From a virus: 64,000 nucleotides of DNA. The translations under genes were made by a program, and so were the position numbers. Position 1 is the stretch's first letter. Each line of letters starts with the position of its first letter. Where the stretch lies: the IMG/VR virus record IMGVR_UViG_3300030419_007368, positions 1-64,000 of that record, one strand, 5' to 3'. The notes below the pieces were generated by a model that was not told where the DNA came from, made no database searches, and saw nothing but the letters and a program-made list of their open reading frames with translations. This document shows, in pieces, positions 17,184-26,366 of the stretch.

Positions 17184-19040
17184 TTAAACTATTTCGCAAG
17201 CGCCGCCTGAGCAAGCTAGCTCTCCCGACAGATTCGTGTTGTCCTCTATCTCCACGACTTTCTTGATGTCAAAATCTGTCAGTGAATCAACAAGGACTTG
17301 ATATTTTTCTTTCGAGCAGTCCTCGAATGGCGCTTGCTTGTAGGTGTGGTCTTCAAATGGTAGAACAGACAGCCCATTGTAGCAATCTCTATTTTCCCAC
17401 ATCCAATCACCAACATCAGTCCACTCGGCCGGCCTGATAGAAATAGTAGCAGACACATTGTGGGTGTTCTGACCACGATGGTGGCCCGGGCGGATCCAGT
17501 TCTCTGTAACGCTCTTTACTCTCTTTAGAAGCTGGAGCGCGGACTCCTGGCGCGTGATAGCTCCCTCTGGGGCACACTGCGGCACTGAGATGACCGCAGT
17601 ATCGTGCGGTCTGAAGTACTCATCTTCAATCAGCTCAGGGTTGTTGACAAGCAAGTGTGTGTAAATTGCCTCGTTCTTTCCGACTCTCATCCTACGGACA
17701 TAGTAATCGTTATGCCAAGCGTGTATACCACTTGATGTACCTAAAGCTAGTGACGTCGTGCCGGCGGGCTTTACGCAGGTGGTTCGAGCGGCTGGCTTAA
17801 TACCTATTAGATCTGCGACGCGGCGATTCTCCTGTCTGACGGCCGTAGCCGCGGCCTTCATGTCTAAATCTAAAACCTTCCCAGATGCGATACCAGTCAT
17901 TGAAACGCCGATGAGGGCATCTTTTTCTGTCGTTCGTCGCCAGACTTCACGCAAATAATGAAAATCAGTATAACCAGCCTGCAAGGTAGCAATTAATGTT
18001 GCGGCGCGGACCCTGGATTCGTACTCTTCCTGTGACTCAAGATCAGAAGCGTTAACCTCCACCAAATTACAAAACTGGTAAGGGCGTAGAGCAATTTCGC
18101 AACAAGGATTTGTACCCCAGTCTTTATCATTGGTAAAATAGAAGCCGGGCTCTCCAGATCCAGAAGCTCGCACTCTCTCCCACAGGTTATCAAAAAATTC
18201 TTTAGTAATCCGGTGACGCATCAGGGCTATCGAGTTGTTTGCTCTACCTCTTTGGGGGTGCTTCTCCCACCAGTTTCCTGCCTTAGCTGCGAGAAGCTCT
18301 TCATCATCTGCTGAAAACAATGATATGAGAGCAGCGCGACGGATGCCCCCGGCAAGCACAGCATCAGCAATATGACAAACAATGTCGTGTACTTCGATTG
18401 TCTCAAGTTTATCTCCACTCTCCTTTTCCTCTAAAATGCCCTGAATTTTTACTAGACATTCTTTAAGAGGTTGCGGGCCAGGTGCGCGGCCCCCAGAAGT
18501 AACTAGCTTGGCGCCCTTCGCACGGATGTCACTAAAATCAAAACGTATTCTGGAGCCACCTTTAAAGTATGAGCCCATGAGGACTTTTATAGAGTCCGCC
18601 CACCCTTCAATAGAATCAGAAATTAGATATCTTCTAGTTCTTTTGGAGCTTGGCTTTTGGATTTCAGGTAATTTTTCAACGTGATGCTTTTGTACAGAAA
18701 ATCCAACACCAGTTCCCCCAAGTAGGAGAAACATTGTCTCACTAAAAGCCAAAGCATGATCAATAGGAAGGTAGGCACAATTGTAAATCCTGTTAGGAGC
18801 CACTTCAATCGGCTTTCCTCCGAACTGTAGTGACCGCATCGACGGAAGTACTTTCTTCTTGTATACATACTTATAGGCCCCCTCTATTTCTTCTTTGAGA
18901 TCTGGATATTTTTTAATATGCATCCTCTTATTACGAGTAACTATCTCCCGCCAGCTTTCCCGCCTTTCTTTTTTCGGAAGGTAACGGGCATATTTCATGT
19001 AAATTGTGATATCTGATAAAATCTCACTCGTTGGTTGCAT
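17184..19040 (-). CDS. nrdJ: Class II (AdoCbl-dependent) ribonucleotide reductase
   Basis: LPSMRSL, YNC, GGTGVGFS, TNPCCEI, CVKPAGTTS and C-terminal ACSGGACEIV; no beta-subunit gene nearby. Confidence 0.92.
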   Translation of the reverse strand: MQPTSEILSDITIYMKYARYLPKKERRESWREIVTRNKRMHIKKYPDLKEEIEGAYKYVYKKKVLPSMRSLQFGGKPIEVAPNRIYNCAYLPIDHALAFSETMFLLLGGTGVGFSVQKHHVEKLPEIQKPSSKRTRRYLISDSIEGWADSIKVLMGSYFKGGSRIRFDFSDIRAKGAKLVTSGGRAPGPQPLKECLVKIQGILEEKESGDKLETIEVHDIVCHIADAVLAGGIRRAALISLFSADDEELLAAKAGNWWEKHPQRGRANNSIALMRHRITKEFFDNLWERVRASGSGEPGFYFTNDKDWGTNPCCEIALRPYQFCNLVEVNASDLESQEEYESRVRAATLIATLQAGYTDFHYLREVWRRTTEKDALIGVSMTGIASGKVLDLDMKAAATAVRQENRRVADLIGIKPAARTTCVKPAGTTSLALGTSSGIHAWHNDYYVRRMRVGKNEAIYTHLLVNNPELIEDEYFRPHDTAVISVPQCAPEGAITRQESALQLLKRVKSVTENWIRPGHHRGQNTHNVSATISIRPAEWTDVGDWMWENRDCYNGLSVLPFEDHTYKQAPFEDCSKEKYQVLVDSLTDFDIKKVVEIEDNTNLSGELACSGGACEIV

Positions 19041-20430
19041 TTTTATTCCTCTCTTCTGATGATCTTTTGTGTTTTCTAAATAATTTGTACTTGTCTTTCA
19101 GGGCATCCGCTAGTTGACCTGGGTTCATGTTTGGTGTAACCACCGGGGTTTCAACCTGAGCCAAGACCTTAAGCTGAACACTCGTAGTGTCCATAAACAT
19201 TGGAAAAACCAAGCCATCAGGTCCATTTCTATTTTTAGCCACAAAGAGCCTAGCCGTGTTAGCATTTTTATCTTTGATCGTTCGAGAGATAGAGCAAACA
19301 AAATCAGCAACGAAGCATTTGTTAAATGCTTCAGATATCGACTCCATTGTTACCACCTCTGCGTTCAAACCAGTCCTATTTGTCTGCGAAGCCGTCCAAA
19401 CTGGACACTGAAACTCCTGTGCGAGGCCTCGCAGGTTTTCATAAATAGACTCCAATTCGTTTCTTTTCTCTTTGAAATGTGTGGCGGGACGTAGCAAATC
19501 AGCGTAATCCACTATAATCATATCGATTTTTTTATTTCTTTTTTTTAATTTTTCTAGATGACTCCTCAATGTATTGGGAGATGCTGTCTTTGTTGGGTAC
19601 TCCTTAACGATCAATGAGCCTTCGAGATCGCTGATCGCTTCTAAAACATCGTCCTTGCGATTAAAGAGCATACTTAGAGGCACCTCGCTGATGCAACTAT
19701 CATATCTTTGGCCTGTCACCGACTCCGACAATTCCAGCGTATAGTGCACAACATTCTTCCCAGACTTGATAGCCGCTGAGCCTAGGTGAGCAAGCGCCAT
19801 GGATTTTCCGGCGCCGGTCGGAGCAACAACTACACCCAGCTCACCTTTCCCCAGGCCCTTTCTCATCAGGCTATCAATCTTTGGCCAGCCTGTCGTTACA
19901 GGATTCCTGGCCTTAATCTGATAACGCATCTCAAAATCTTTAAAAAAATCATGACCAAAATCATTATCCGTTCCAAGCTCTAGAGCGTTGTTGATAACCT
20001 TCCTAACCTCATCATATGATGAGTTTTGGATTAGATCCACAGATTGCATCAAAGCTTCTTTTAATTTTTGCTTCTTGCAGAAGTCTAAAGATGTGTCCTT
20101 AATATATGCAGCATCAGTGACTTGCTTGATGCAGGCCCGGGCAAAATAATCCCTTACTTGTTTTTTTGCTGAATCGTTATGATTATCCAACTCCGTTCTC
20201 AAAATCGAGGCAAGGATCTTATCGGTAGGATGCACTCCATATTTTTGTCGATAATCGTATATTTTTGATATGAAAACACGTAAATACTTCAATTCAAAAA
20301 AGCTAATATCTAACACCTCCTCAATCTGATCCGCAAACGGACGGTCTTCCAAGATTAATTGTGCTAGCGACTCTTGAAACTGCTTCCCATATTTAGAAAA
20401 GCTGGTATCTTCCTTCATGTTGTTCTCCAA
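19024..20430 (-). CDS. Replicative helicase (DnaB / T4 gp41-like)
   Basis: APTGAGKS Walker A, YTLEL, IIVDYADL, TASQTNR, KNRNG. Confidence 0.93.
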   Translation of the reverse strand: MENNMKEDTSFSKYGKQFQESLAQLILEDRPFADQIEEVLDISFFELKYLRVFISKIYDYRQKYGVHPTDKILASILRTELDNHNDSAKKQVRDYFARACIKQVTDAAYIKDTSLDFCKKQKLKEALMQSVDLIQNSSYDEVRKVINNALELGTDNDFGHDFFKDFEMRYQIKARNPVTTGWPKIDSLMRKGLGKGELGVVVAPTGAGKSMALAHLGSAAIKSGKNVVHYTLELSESVTGQRYDSCISEVPLSMLFNRKDDVLEAISDLEGSLIVKEYPTKTASPNTLRSHLEKLKKRNKKIDMIIVDYADLLRPATHFKEKRNELESIYENLRGLAQEFQCPVWTASQTNRTGLNAEVVTMESISEAFNKCFVADFVCSISRTIKDKNANTARLFVAKNRNGPDGLVFPMFMDTTSVQLKVLAQVETPVVTPNMNPGQLADALKDKYKLFRKHKRSSEERNKNATNE

Positions 20431-20459
20431 ATTCTTTCTAATACTTTAAGTACGCGTGA

Positions 20460-21428
20460 TTAATTGTCCACGCAAATTTTATTGAAATGTTGGAATAACT
20501 CAATAAAGTTTATTTCTCCAAAACCGTCCTTTATCATCATTTTTATGAGACCGGTTTTATTAAAAGAGAAGTCCGGGTTTTCCAAAGTTTCTTTAATATT
20601 TTTTTTCGCAGCGATGTTTAGGATAGGAGCATACAGCTGCATCATGTGATAGTTTCTCCTCAAGACGTCTTCTTTTTCTAACACTGTTTGGTAAACCTTG
20701 ACATTTGTTTCTGACGACATCTTCTTGCAGTATTCCAAAATAGAATCGAATGTTGCGGATTCGGTCTCTCTAAGAAAAGGGAAGCGTCGGGCAGCTGTTT
20801 TAAGACCTACACCACCGACACCATCAATATTGTCTGATTTGTCACCAACCAGGGCCCGTGCAATGGCAAAATTTGCAGGATGTATGTCAAACTTCTCAAG
20901 GATTAATTTTTCATTCAAGACTTCTTTTTGGATTGGTCGATACAACACTGTCTTACCTGACAGTAGTTGAAAGAAGTCTTTGTCACTAGACAAAATTAAC
21001 TTCTCATGATCCTCCAAGCTCTTTAGCTGGGAAATATAGGCGATGACATCGTCCGCCTCAATTCCATCAAACATAAACTGGACCACAGGCGTGTGATTGA
21101 AATATTCTATCAACCTTGACTGCTGCCAGATCTTGTTTTCAACTTCCTCTGTGTTGGAAAGATTTCTCACGGCCCGGTTTAGTCTAATAGGTTTTCTGCC
21201 GGCCTTGTAATCCTTCTTGAGGAGTTTCCTCTTCTTCGAACCCCCAGGACCATCCCAGCAGACCACTATCAAGTCTGGCTTTGACTCCCTGACAATTTTT
21301 TGCAAACTTTGCAAACATCCTTTAAGTGCGCCAATTGGTGCACCGTCAACAGACAGACTAGGATTGACAATGTAGTTTCGAAAAAAGAGATTTAATTGAT
21401 CAATAATTAAAATTCTTTTCTTATGCAA
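20460..21428 (-). CDS. 5'-3' exonuclease / flap endonuclease (Pol I N-terminal or T4 RNase H-like)
   Basis: LIIDQLN, WDG, YKAGR, EADDVIA, SSDKDF, GDKSDNIDGVGGVGLKTA. Confidence 0.93.
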   Translation of the reverse strand: MHKKRILIIDQLNLFFRNYIVNPSLSVDGAPIGALKGCLQSLQKIVRESKPDLIVVCWDGPGGSKKRKLLKKDYKAGRKPIRLNRAVRNLSNTEEVENKIWQQSRLIEYFNHTPVVQFMFDGIEADDVIAYISQLKSLEDHEKLILSSDKDFFQLLSGKTVLYRPIQKEVLNEKLILEKFDIHPANFAIARALVGDKSDNIDGVGGVGLKTAARRFPFLRETESATFDSILEYCKKMSSETNVKVYQTVLEKEDVLRRNYHMMQLYAPILNIAAKKNIKETLENPDFSFNKTGLIKMMIKDGFGEINFIELFQHFNKICVDN

Positions 21429-21437
21429 TTTATTTTC

Positions 21438-21773
21438 CTAATTTCTATAAATTCTATTTCGAACTTTGTTTACTCTATAAGCAATAAAAGAGTGTACGCC
21501 ATCAATCTTCCTTGCGTCAATTGACATTCTTTGTAAATGCTCTTGTAAAGTTGGTTCTAGCTGAAAAAACTTAACCTTCAAGTAAGTTTTTTCGACTCGT
21601 GGTGAGACAGCCTTAGCTGGGCCGGCGACCGTGCAAACAGTTATCCCGCAAACCCCGCGTAAATTATCCGTTATTTTTGTAATGTTCTTGTCCCTGTCGG
21701 ACCTCATAACGACTTCCGCTTCATATAAAGTGTCGTAAAAATATTCTAAAATGAGTGACTTAATAGATTGCAT
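21438..21773 (-). CDS. Hypothetical protein
   Basis: ATG 21773 with GGAGGAAGG SD (alternative GTG at 21788); late motif upstream. Confidence 0.7.
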   Translation of the reverse strand: MQSIKSLILEYFYDTLYEAEVVMRSDRDKNITKITDNLRGVCGITVCTVAGPAKAVSPRVEKTYLKVKFFQLEPTLQEHLQRMSIDARKIDGVHSFIAYRVNKVRNRIYRN

Positions 21774-21791
21774 AAATCCTTCCTCCACATA

Positions 21792-21799
21792 TAAGTAGT
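21792..21799 (-). promoter_or_regulatory. Putative late-promoter motif (ACTACTTA)
   Basis: Variant of the recurrent motif, 19 nt upstream of 21773. Confidence 0.5.
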
Positions 21800-22258
21800 C
21801 TATAATTTATACATTTCAACAGTACCATTATTGGTTGTGTAGTACACTCTCTTAATGCCAACATGTTTCATGGCGTCATGACACATGCTGCAAGGCTTGC
21901 TATACCGGAAGTCCCCGCCTAGGTTGATACGACAAACATATAAATCTGCTCCGGATGTAGAAGCGCGAGAGATGCCCAGGATGCACCCCAATTCGGCATG
22001 TACAGTTGCATGTCCTCGATGTGGGGAGCGAAATCGACTACCAAAAGAACTGAAGTTGTCCTTGTTGAAGGAAGCATTTATCACAGAGCCACCTTTCACA
22101 AGGACGGCACCGTGGCGAAGTTTACCGTATGGACTGTTGTGCGCCATGTTGCGCGCCAGTTCAAGATATCGACTAGTCTTTTTCGAAACCTCGACCGGTT
22201 CGCCGCTTACCTCTGTTCTCTGCTTGAAGCCGTGCATTTTTGGATCACTTTGAAACAT
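21800..22258 (-). CDS. Zinc-dependent cytidine/dCMP deaminase-fold protein
   Basis: HGAVLV, VHAE, KPCSMC, GIKRVYY; start uncertain. Confidence 0.85.
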   Translation of the reverse strand: MFQSDPKMHGFKQRTEVSGEPVEVSKKTSRYLELARNMAHNSPYGKLRHGAVLVKGGSVINASFNKDNFSSFGSRFRSPHRGHATVHAELGCILGISRASTSGADLYVCRINLGGDFRYSKPCSMCHDAMKHVGIKRVYYTTNNGTVEMYKL

Positions 22259-22304
22259 CTTTACGTTAAAAAAAATATAAAAACGAAGATCGCCTAGTAA
22301 ATGC

Positions 22305-23441
22305 CTACTCTTCTGAGTCGATGTCGTAAAAGTCCTCGGCTTTGCCTTCCTTCTTATCAAATCGCATTATAATCTCTTCGTCCATTATCTGCAAGACCCG
22401 GGTGCGAAATTTCTCATTCTGAAGCTTTTCCATCCACCTGGATGCTTGAAACTTCTCAGACGTCCCATCTTCGAACTCTAAGTTGTACCAAGCGCCAGAC
22501 TGGTTTAAAGATCTTGAACTTTTTATAGCTTCGAACCAACTCTCTTCATCTTGAATGCCGACAGCAGAGCCCCAAAGAATTTTAAAAGTGCACTGTCGAC
22601 CCTCAGTACCAAAACGACTCTTCTTAAGAGTTACCTTGACTTCTGAGCCTACTCGAAAGCCGTTTTCGTCAAGTATATATGCTGCTTTTGCCTTTCTCTT
22701 GGTTAGCCAAATACGCAAAGAATAAGCGTAATGCATTGCTTTGCCACCCGGGGTGACATAAGGCGTGGTCATTGCCTCCGCGACGTTGTTGGTTATGTTA
22801 GTTTTAAGCTGGTTCAGTACCAAAAAAGCAGACTGCGAATTCGCAATTGGAACAGTCAACTTTGACATGCCTTTCGCAAGAATTCTTGCCTTCACTGCCA
22901 TAGACGATTGAGGATTGAAGTCCCCCTCGACGTCACTGATAGCCGGAGTCAAAGCGAGGCTGTCCCAAATAAACAACATTCTGTTGTCGTTTGAACCAAG
23001 TAGCTCCTCTAGCGTCTCTAAAACGAACTCGACACTCTCAGCTTGAACATACATAAACGAGCCGACGCCCGGAGGAGGTTCTTCGTCAAGGACACAGCCG
23101 GCCAACTTTAAAAAGGTCGGATCAATGGCTGACTCAGAATCAAAATATACAACATCTATATTCTTCTGTTGTGCATTCGCTGCAATCTGAGCAGCCATGT
23201 ATGACTTGCCTGATCCCTCTAAGCCTGCAATCTCTGTGATTTTTCCCATGGGGACACCGGCAAGGGAGCCGCGACATATCATGCTGTCCAGCCAACGTGA
23301 GCCAGTTGAGACCCACTCCTTTACTTCCGTAGGGTTGTCGCCAGATAGACTATGTGCAAGATTTGTTCCCGCCTTCTTGTTGATAAGATTGCGCATTTCC
23401 TTTAGATTTAATCTGCCTAATTTCTTAGCTTTTTTTGCCAT
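22305..23441 (-). CDS. recA: RecA/UvsX-like recombinase
   Basis: GLEGSGKS, YFDSE, IWDSL, LNQL, TPGGKAMHYAYSLRI. Confidence 0.93.
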   Translation of the reverse strand: MAKKAKKLGRLNLKEMRNLINKKAGTNLAHSLSGDNPTEVKEWVSTGSRWLDSMICRGSLAGVPMGKITEIAGLEGSGKSYMAAQIAANAQQKNIDVVYFDSESAIDPTFLKLAGCVLDEEPPPGVGSFMYVQAESVEFVLETLEELLGSNDNRMLFIWDSLALTPAISDVEGDFNPQSSMAVKARILAKGMSKLTVPIANSQSAFLVLNQLKTNITNNVAEAMTTPYVTPGGKAMHYAYSLRIWLTKRKAKAAYILDENGFRVGSEVKVTLKKSRFGTEGRQCTFKILWGSAVGIQDEESWFEAIKSSRSLNQSGAWYNLEFEDGTSEKFQASRWMEKLQNEKFRTRVLQIMDEEIIMRFDKKEGKAEDFYDIDSEE

Positions 23442-23512
23442 TCTTATTCCTTCTGGGCGTTTAAAAATTGAGGCACCTATAAACCCGTGCCTCCCTGCGG
23501 TTGGCCAAGGGC

Positions 23513-24259
23513 CTAGGAAGCGAGAAGCTCCTCAAAAGCTTTATCAACTGCGCTAACAGGCGCGTCATTCTCGTAACGAGAGCTTTCTGATGAGACTTCT
23601 TCAGCGTCGGACTCGTCTAGAAGAAACTCGTCCAGCATCGCTTGGACCTCCTCCGCAGTCTTTCGCTCAAAAACAGAATCAAACTCCGGAATAGTTTCCA
23701 GGAGCTTGCTAATCTCCTCATCTGTCTCTGCCAACCTTGATGGTCGGCGCCTAGGCGTGATGGTTGTCTGTGGGAACTGTGCTCCCGCAGGTTTTCCATA
23801 GTTGATAACCAAGTCAGTCCCCTCTGTCACATCAGTGATGTCACCGTATTCAGGATTCAGAACTAAGTTCAGCAACTCCTTGTAAGCCATCTTTCCAAAG
23901 CCCCATAATCGCACTCCCTCGCTCTCTTCTCCGCGGACCAAGACCGGGGAAAAGAAGCGCTGGCGAGCAGACAGGCTCTTGGCCATCTTAACGCTTTCAT
24001 CGCTACCGTCCTTGTACAGGTTACGGATAAAATCATCAAGAGGGTCAGCTTCTCCGAAGTTCTTCTTAGGGCTCAAGAATCCAGGATTCTTGCCTAAGTT
24101 GTAGTGAAACCAGAACTCCTTAAAGGGGTCTCCATCGGAAGGAGGAAGAATTCTGATTACTGTTTCTCCATCTTCCGGGCGCCAAAAGGCACTTTTTCCG
24201 TTGCCGCGATTCTCCAAGGCGTCGCGCTTCGCCTTCATTTTTGCAAAATCAATTCCCAT
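23513..24259 (-). CDS. Single-stranded DNA-binding protein (T4 gp32-like)
   Basis: FWRP...VIRILPP...PFKEFWFHY...LWGFGK...DITD..GTDL; acidic tail ending FEELLAS. Confidence 0.85.
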   Translation of the reverse strand: MGIDFAKMKAKRDALENRGNGKSAFWRPEDGETVIRILPPSDGDPFKEFWFHYNLGKNPGFLSPKKNFGEADPLDDFIRNLYKDGSDESVKMAKSLSARQRFFSPVLVRGEESEGVRLWGFGKMAYKELLNLVLNPEYGDITDVTEGTDLVINYGKPAGAQFPQTTITPRRRPSRLAETDEEISKLLETIPEFDSVFERKTAEEVQAMLDEFLLDESDAEEVSSESSRYENDAPVSAVDKAFEELLAS

Positions 24260-24323
24260 TGTTTTTCTCCTTTTTGCATTTAGCTATAGTACAGCCAGTG
24301 AATATCCTGACTGGCTCTTCTAT

Positions 24324-24351
24324 AGAATAAGAACGACAAATCAAAAGTTAA
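24324..24351 (-). promoter_or_regulatory. Possible sigma70-type promoter of ssb
   Basis: TTAACT-16 nt-TATTCT. Confidence 0.35.
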
Positions 24352-25184
24352 GAAATTATTTCTTCTTCTTGAATTAAAGTCGCGTATTCTACACAGTAAG
24401 CGTAGTTATGGTCATAATTTGTCTGGTATATAGCAAAGCCAGAATCGACCTTCTCTTCTTTGTTCTCTTCCGTAAAGCTTCTTATTTTAGTCAATAGTCC
24501 GCTTCCTTCTTTCAGAGTTTCTTCGTTTACTCCAAAAAAGTATCTTCTTGTTCTAGGCTTGTTCAGCGAGTAAAATCTTCTTTGGTTAAAATTATCAAAG
24601 CTCATAACACCGAACGTCCCGATCTTCGAGGTTGCCGGTATAGGAGACAGGTTCGTCAAAATAGGTTCCGTGTTTTCGAACACAGAAAGCATGTGATATG
24701 TACTTGATATTACGTTGTTGATGTCTTTCCAATAACTAGCTATGGAAACGTTCTCTATTACTGATTCAACCATCTTATTGTCCACCACGTACAAGCGCTT
24801 AAGCAGTCCGGATCTGGCATATTGTTGCAAAACTCCAAAAGTTATCCTATCGCGGAGACGAGCTGCTTCGCCCAGGTCGCCCGGGTTAGGTTTAACATAC
24901 AAGACGGTAATCTCACTTGCTTTGATCTGCTCTAAAATTCTTAAGGCGGCGCCGCTGATGTTTCCTGCGCCGGACAATACCAGTGTGGTTGGGCCCTTGC
25001 ATTTCGATAAATTTAGTTTCTTGTAGTTCTTTTCGTAGTCTTCGTGAGTGTCTTGTTTCGCAATTTTTAAAAATCTAGAGTAATTATTATCTTCGCAATC
25101 AATATAAAAAACATTATATTGAGGGTATTTTTCAAACTCTCGGGCGACGGAACACCCTGGTCTTCCCAATCCAACTATATTCAC
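24348..25184 (-). CDS. Tubulin/FtsZ-like protein, degenerate signature
   Basis: IVGLGRPGCSVA (T1 loop), FYID, LSGAGNISGAA (at the GGGTGSG position), YVKP, VVDN, DINNVIS; GTG start overlaps the upstream stop. Confidence 0.7.
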   Translation of the reverse strand: MNIVGLGRPGCSVAREFEKYPQYNVFYIDCEDNNYSRFLKIAKQDTHEDYEKNYKKLNLSKCKGPTTLVLSGAGNISGAALRILEQIKASEITVLYVKPNPGDLGEAARLRDRITFGVLQQYARSGLLKRLYVVDNKMVESVIENVSIASYWKDINNVISSTYHMLSVFENTEPILTNLSPIPATSKIGTFGVMSFDNFNQRRFYSLNKPRTRRYFFGVNEETLKEGSGLLTKIRSFTEENKEEKVDSGFAIYQTNYDHNYAYCVEYATLIQEEEIIS

Positions 25185-26359
25185 AGAATTTTCCTCATAT
25201 CGCCGAAACTCTTGCCGGCGCTTAAATTAGATTTAAAGTTGCCAAATTTAGTATCTGAAAAAACAGCCATAATTTCCTCTAACATGTGCTTGTCCTCCTT
25301 GCACAAATCAATGACCAGGCTATCATGGATGCAAAAAGAAATGAATGATTTCCTGTTACGCAACATCTTATCAATTTTTGTCGCAGACGTTAAGAACAAA
25401 TCGCTCGCAGTGCTCTGTACGAGGTAGTTTACAGCTTTTTCTTCTGGTGCCTCTATCTTTCTCCCAAAAGGAGTATAAATTCGGTCCCCATCATAGTATT
25501 TTTTAAGTACGTCTTCGCGGCGGAGATGTGAGTTTAGTTTCTTATTCTGGGCTTTTGGATTATACAACCAAGAGAAGACTCTCTTTTTAACTTCTTCCCT
25601 GTCGTACTTGCTGTTGAACACGTTTTCTCCAATCCACGTGTGAATATCACTTTCTGGCTGCTCCTCGCCCAAAAGGCCGAGTAGAGTGCGCAATTCAGAC
25701 GAATTATAATCTAATTCCACAAACATATCGTTATTGGGTACTAAAACGTTTCGCAATTCTCGGTTTAGCGTCAGTATTGGAAAGCTACCAGGGGACGTCG
25801 TAAGGCGGCCTGTGAGTGTGCCCCACGGATTATATTCTATATATGGATTAGAATGTTTTATTTTCCTAAAAGTATTTCGGACCGAGGGATTTATAAAATC
25901 TAAATTATCAGACCTTATGTGTAGTTTTCTATTTTTTATACCACTCAACATACCGTAAACTTCAACAATAAAATCATGATTTTCCGGCTTTTTGAAATGG
26001 TTGAACACCCACTCGCATATATCGTTTTTGATTCCAAAGTATTCTAAAAGAAACTTTCTTGGAACAAGGTCATAAAAACATACGTCATTCAAGTCCACCT
26101 TAGCTTCCTTGAAAGACTGCAGAAAAGCAGCTCCACGAGAAGAAGCTTCAAGCCAGCGACCACTAAGCTCATCTGGGCACACGTCTTGCAAACTGGATCC
26201 ATTAGCCCAAATTTTTGCGTACTCGATATCAAGCCCCCGAAGGTGAATGCTCGGAGCCCAAGTATGAGTCAGTTGCAGGGAGTTTGGATAGTGATATAGA
26301 TCACCATCGCAAAACAATGCATAGCACTCTTTTTTAGAATCTAAAGCTTGAAAAAGCAC
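25181..26359 (-). CDS. Family A DNA polymerase domain protein
   Basis: TLTGRL, LDYNSSELR (motif A), DIH, REEVKKRVFSWLY (motif B), TPFGR, NYLVQSTASD, IHDSL (motif C); GTG 26359 with GAGGT SD. Confidence 0.88.
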   Translation of the reverse strand: MLFQALDSKKECYALFCDGDLYHYPNSLQLTHTWAPSIHLRGLDIEYAKIWANGSSLQDVCPDELSGRWLEASSRGAAFLQSFKEAKVDLNDVCFYDLVPRKFLLEYFGIKNDICEWVFNHFKKPENHDFIVEVYGMLSGIKNRKLHIRSDNLDFINPSVRNTFRKIKHSNPYIEYNPWGTLTGRLTTSPGSFPILTLNRELRNVLVPNNDMFVELDYNSSELRTLLGLLGEEQPESDIHTWIGENVFNSKYDREEVKKRVFSWLYNPKAQNKKLNSHLRREDVLKKYYDGDRIYTPFGRKIEAPEEKAVNYLVQSTASDLFLTSATKIDKMLRNRKSFISFCIHDSLVIDLCKEDKHMLEEIMAVFSDTKFGNFKSNLSAGKSFGDMRKIL

Positions 26360-26366
26360 GAATACC

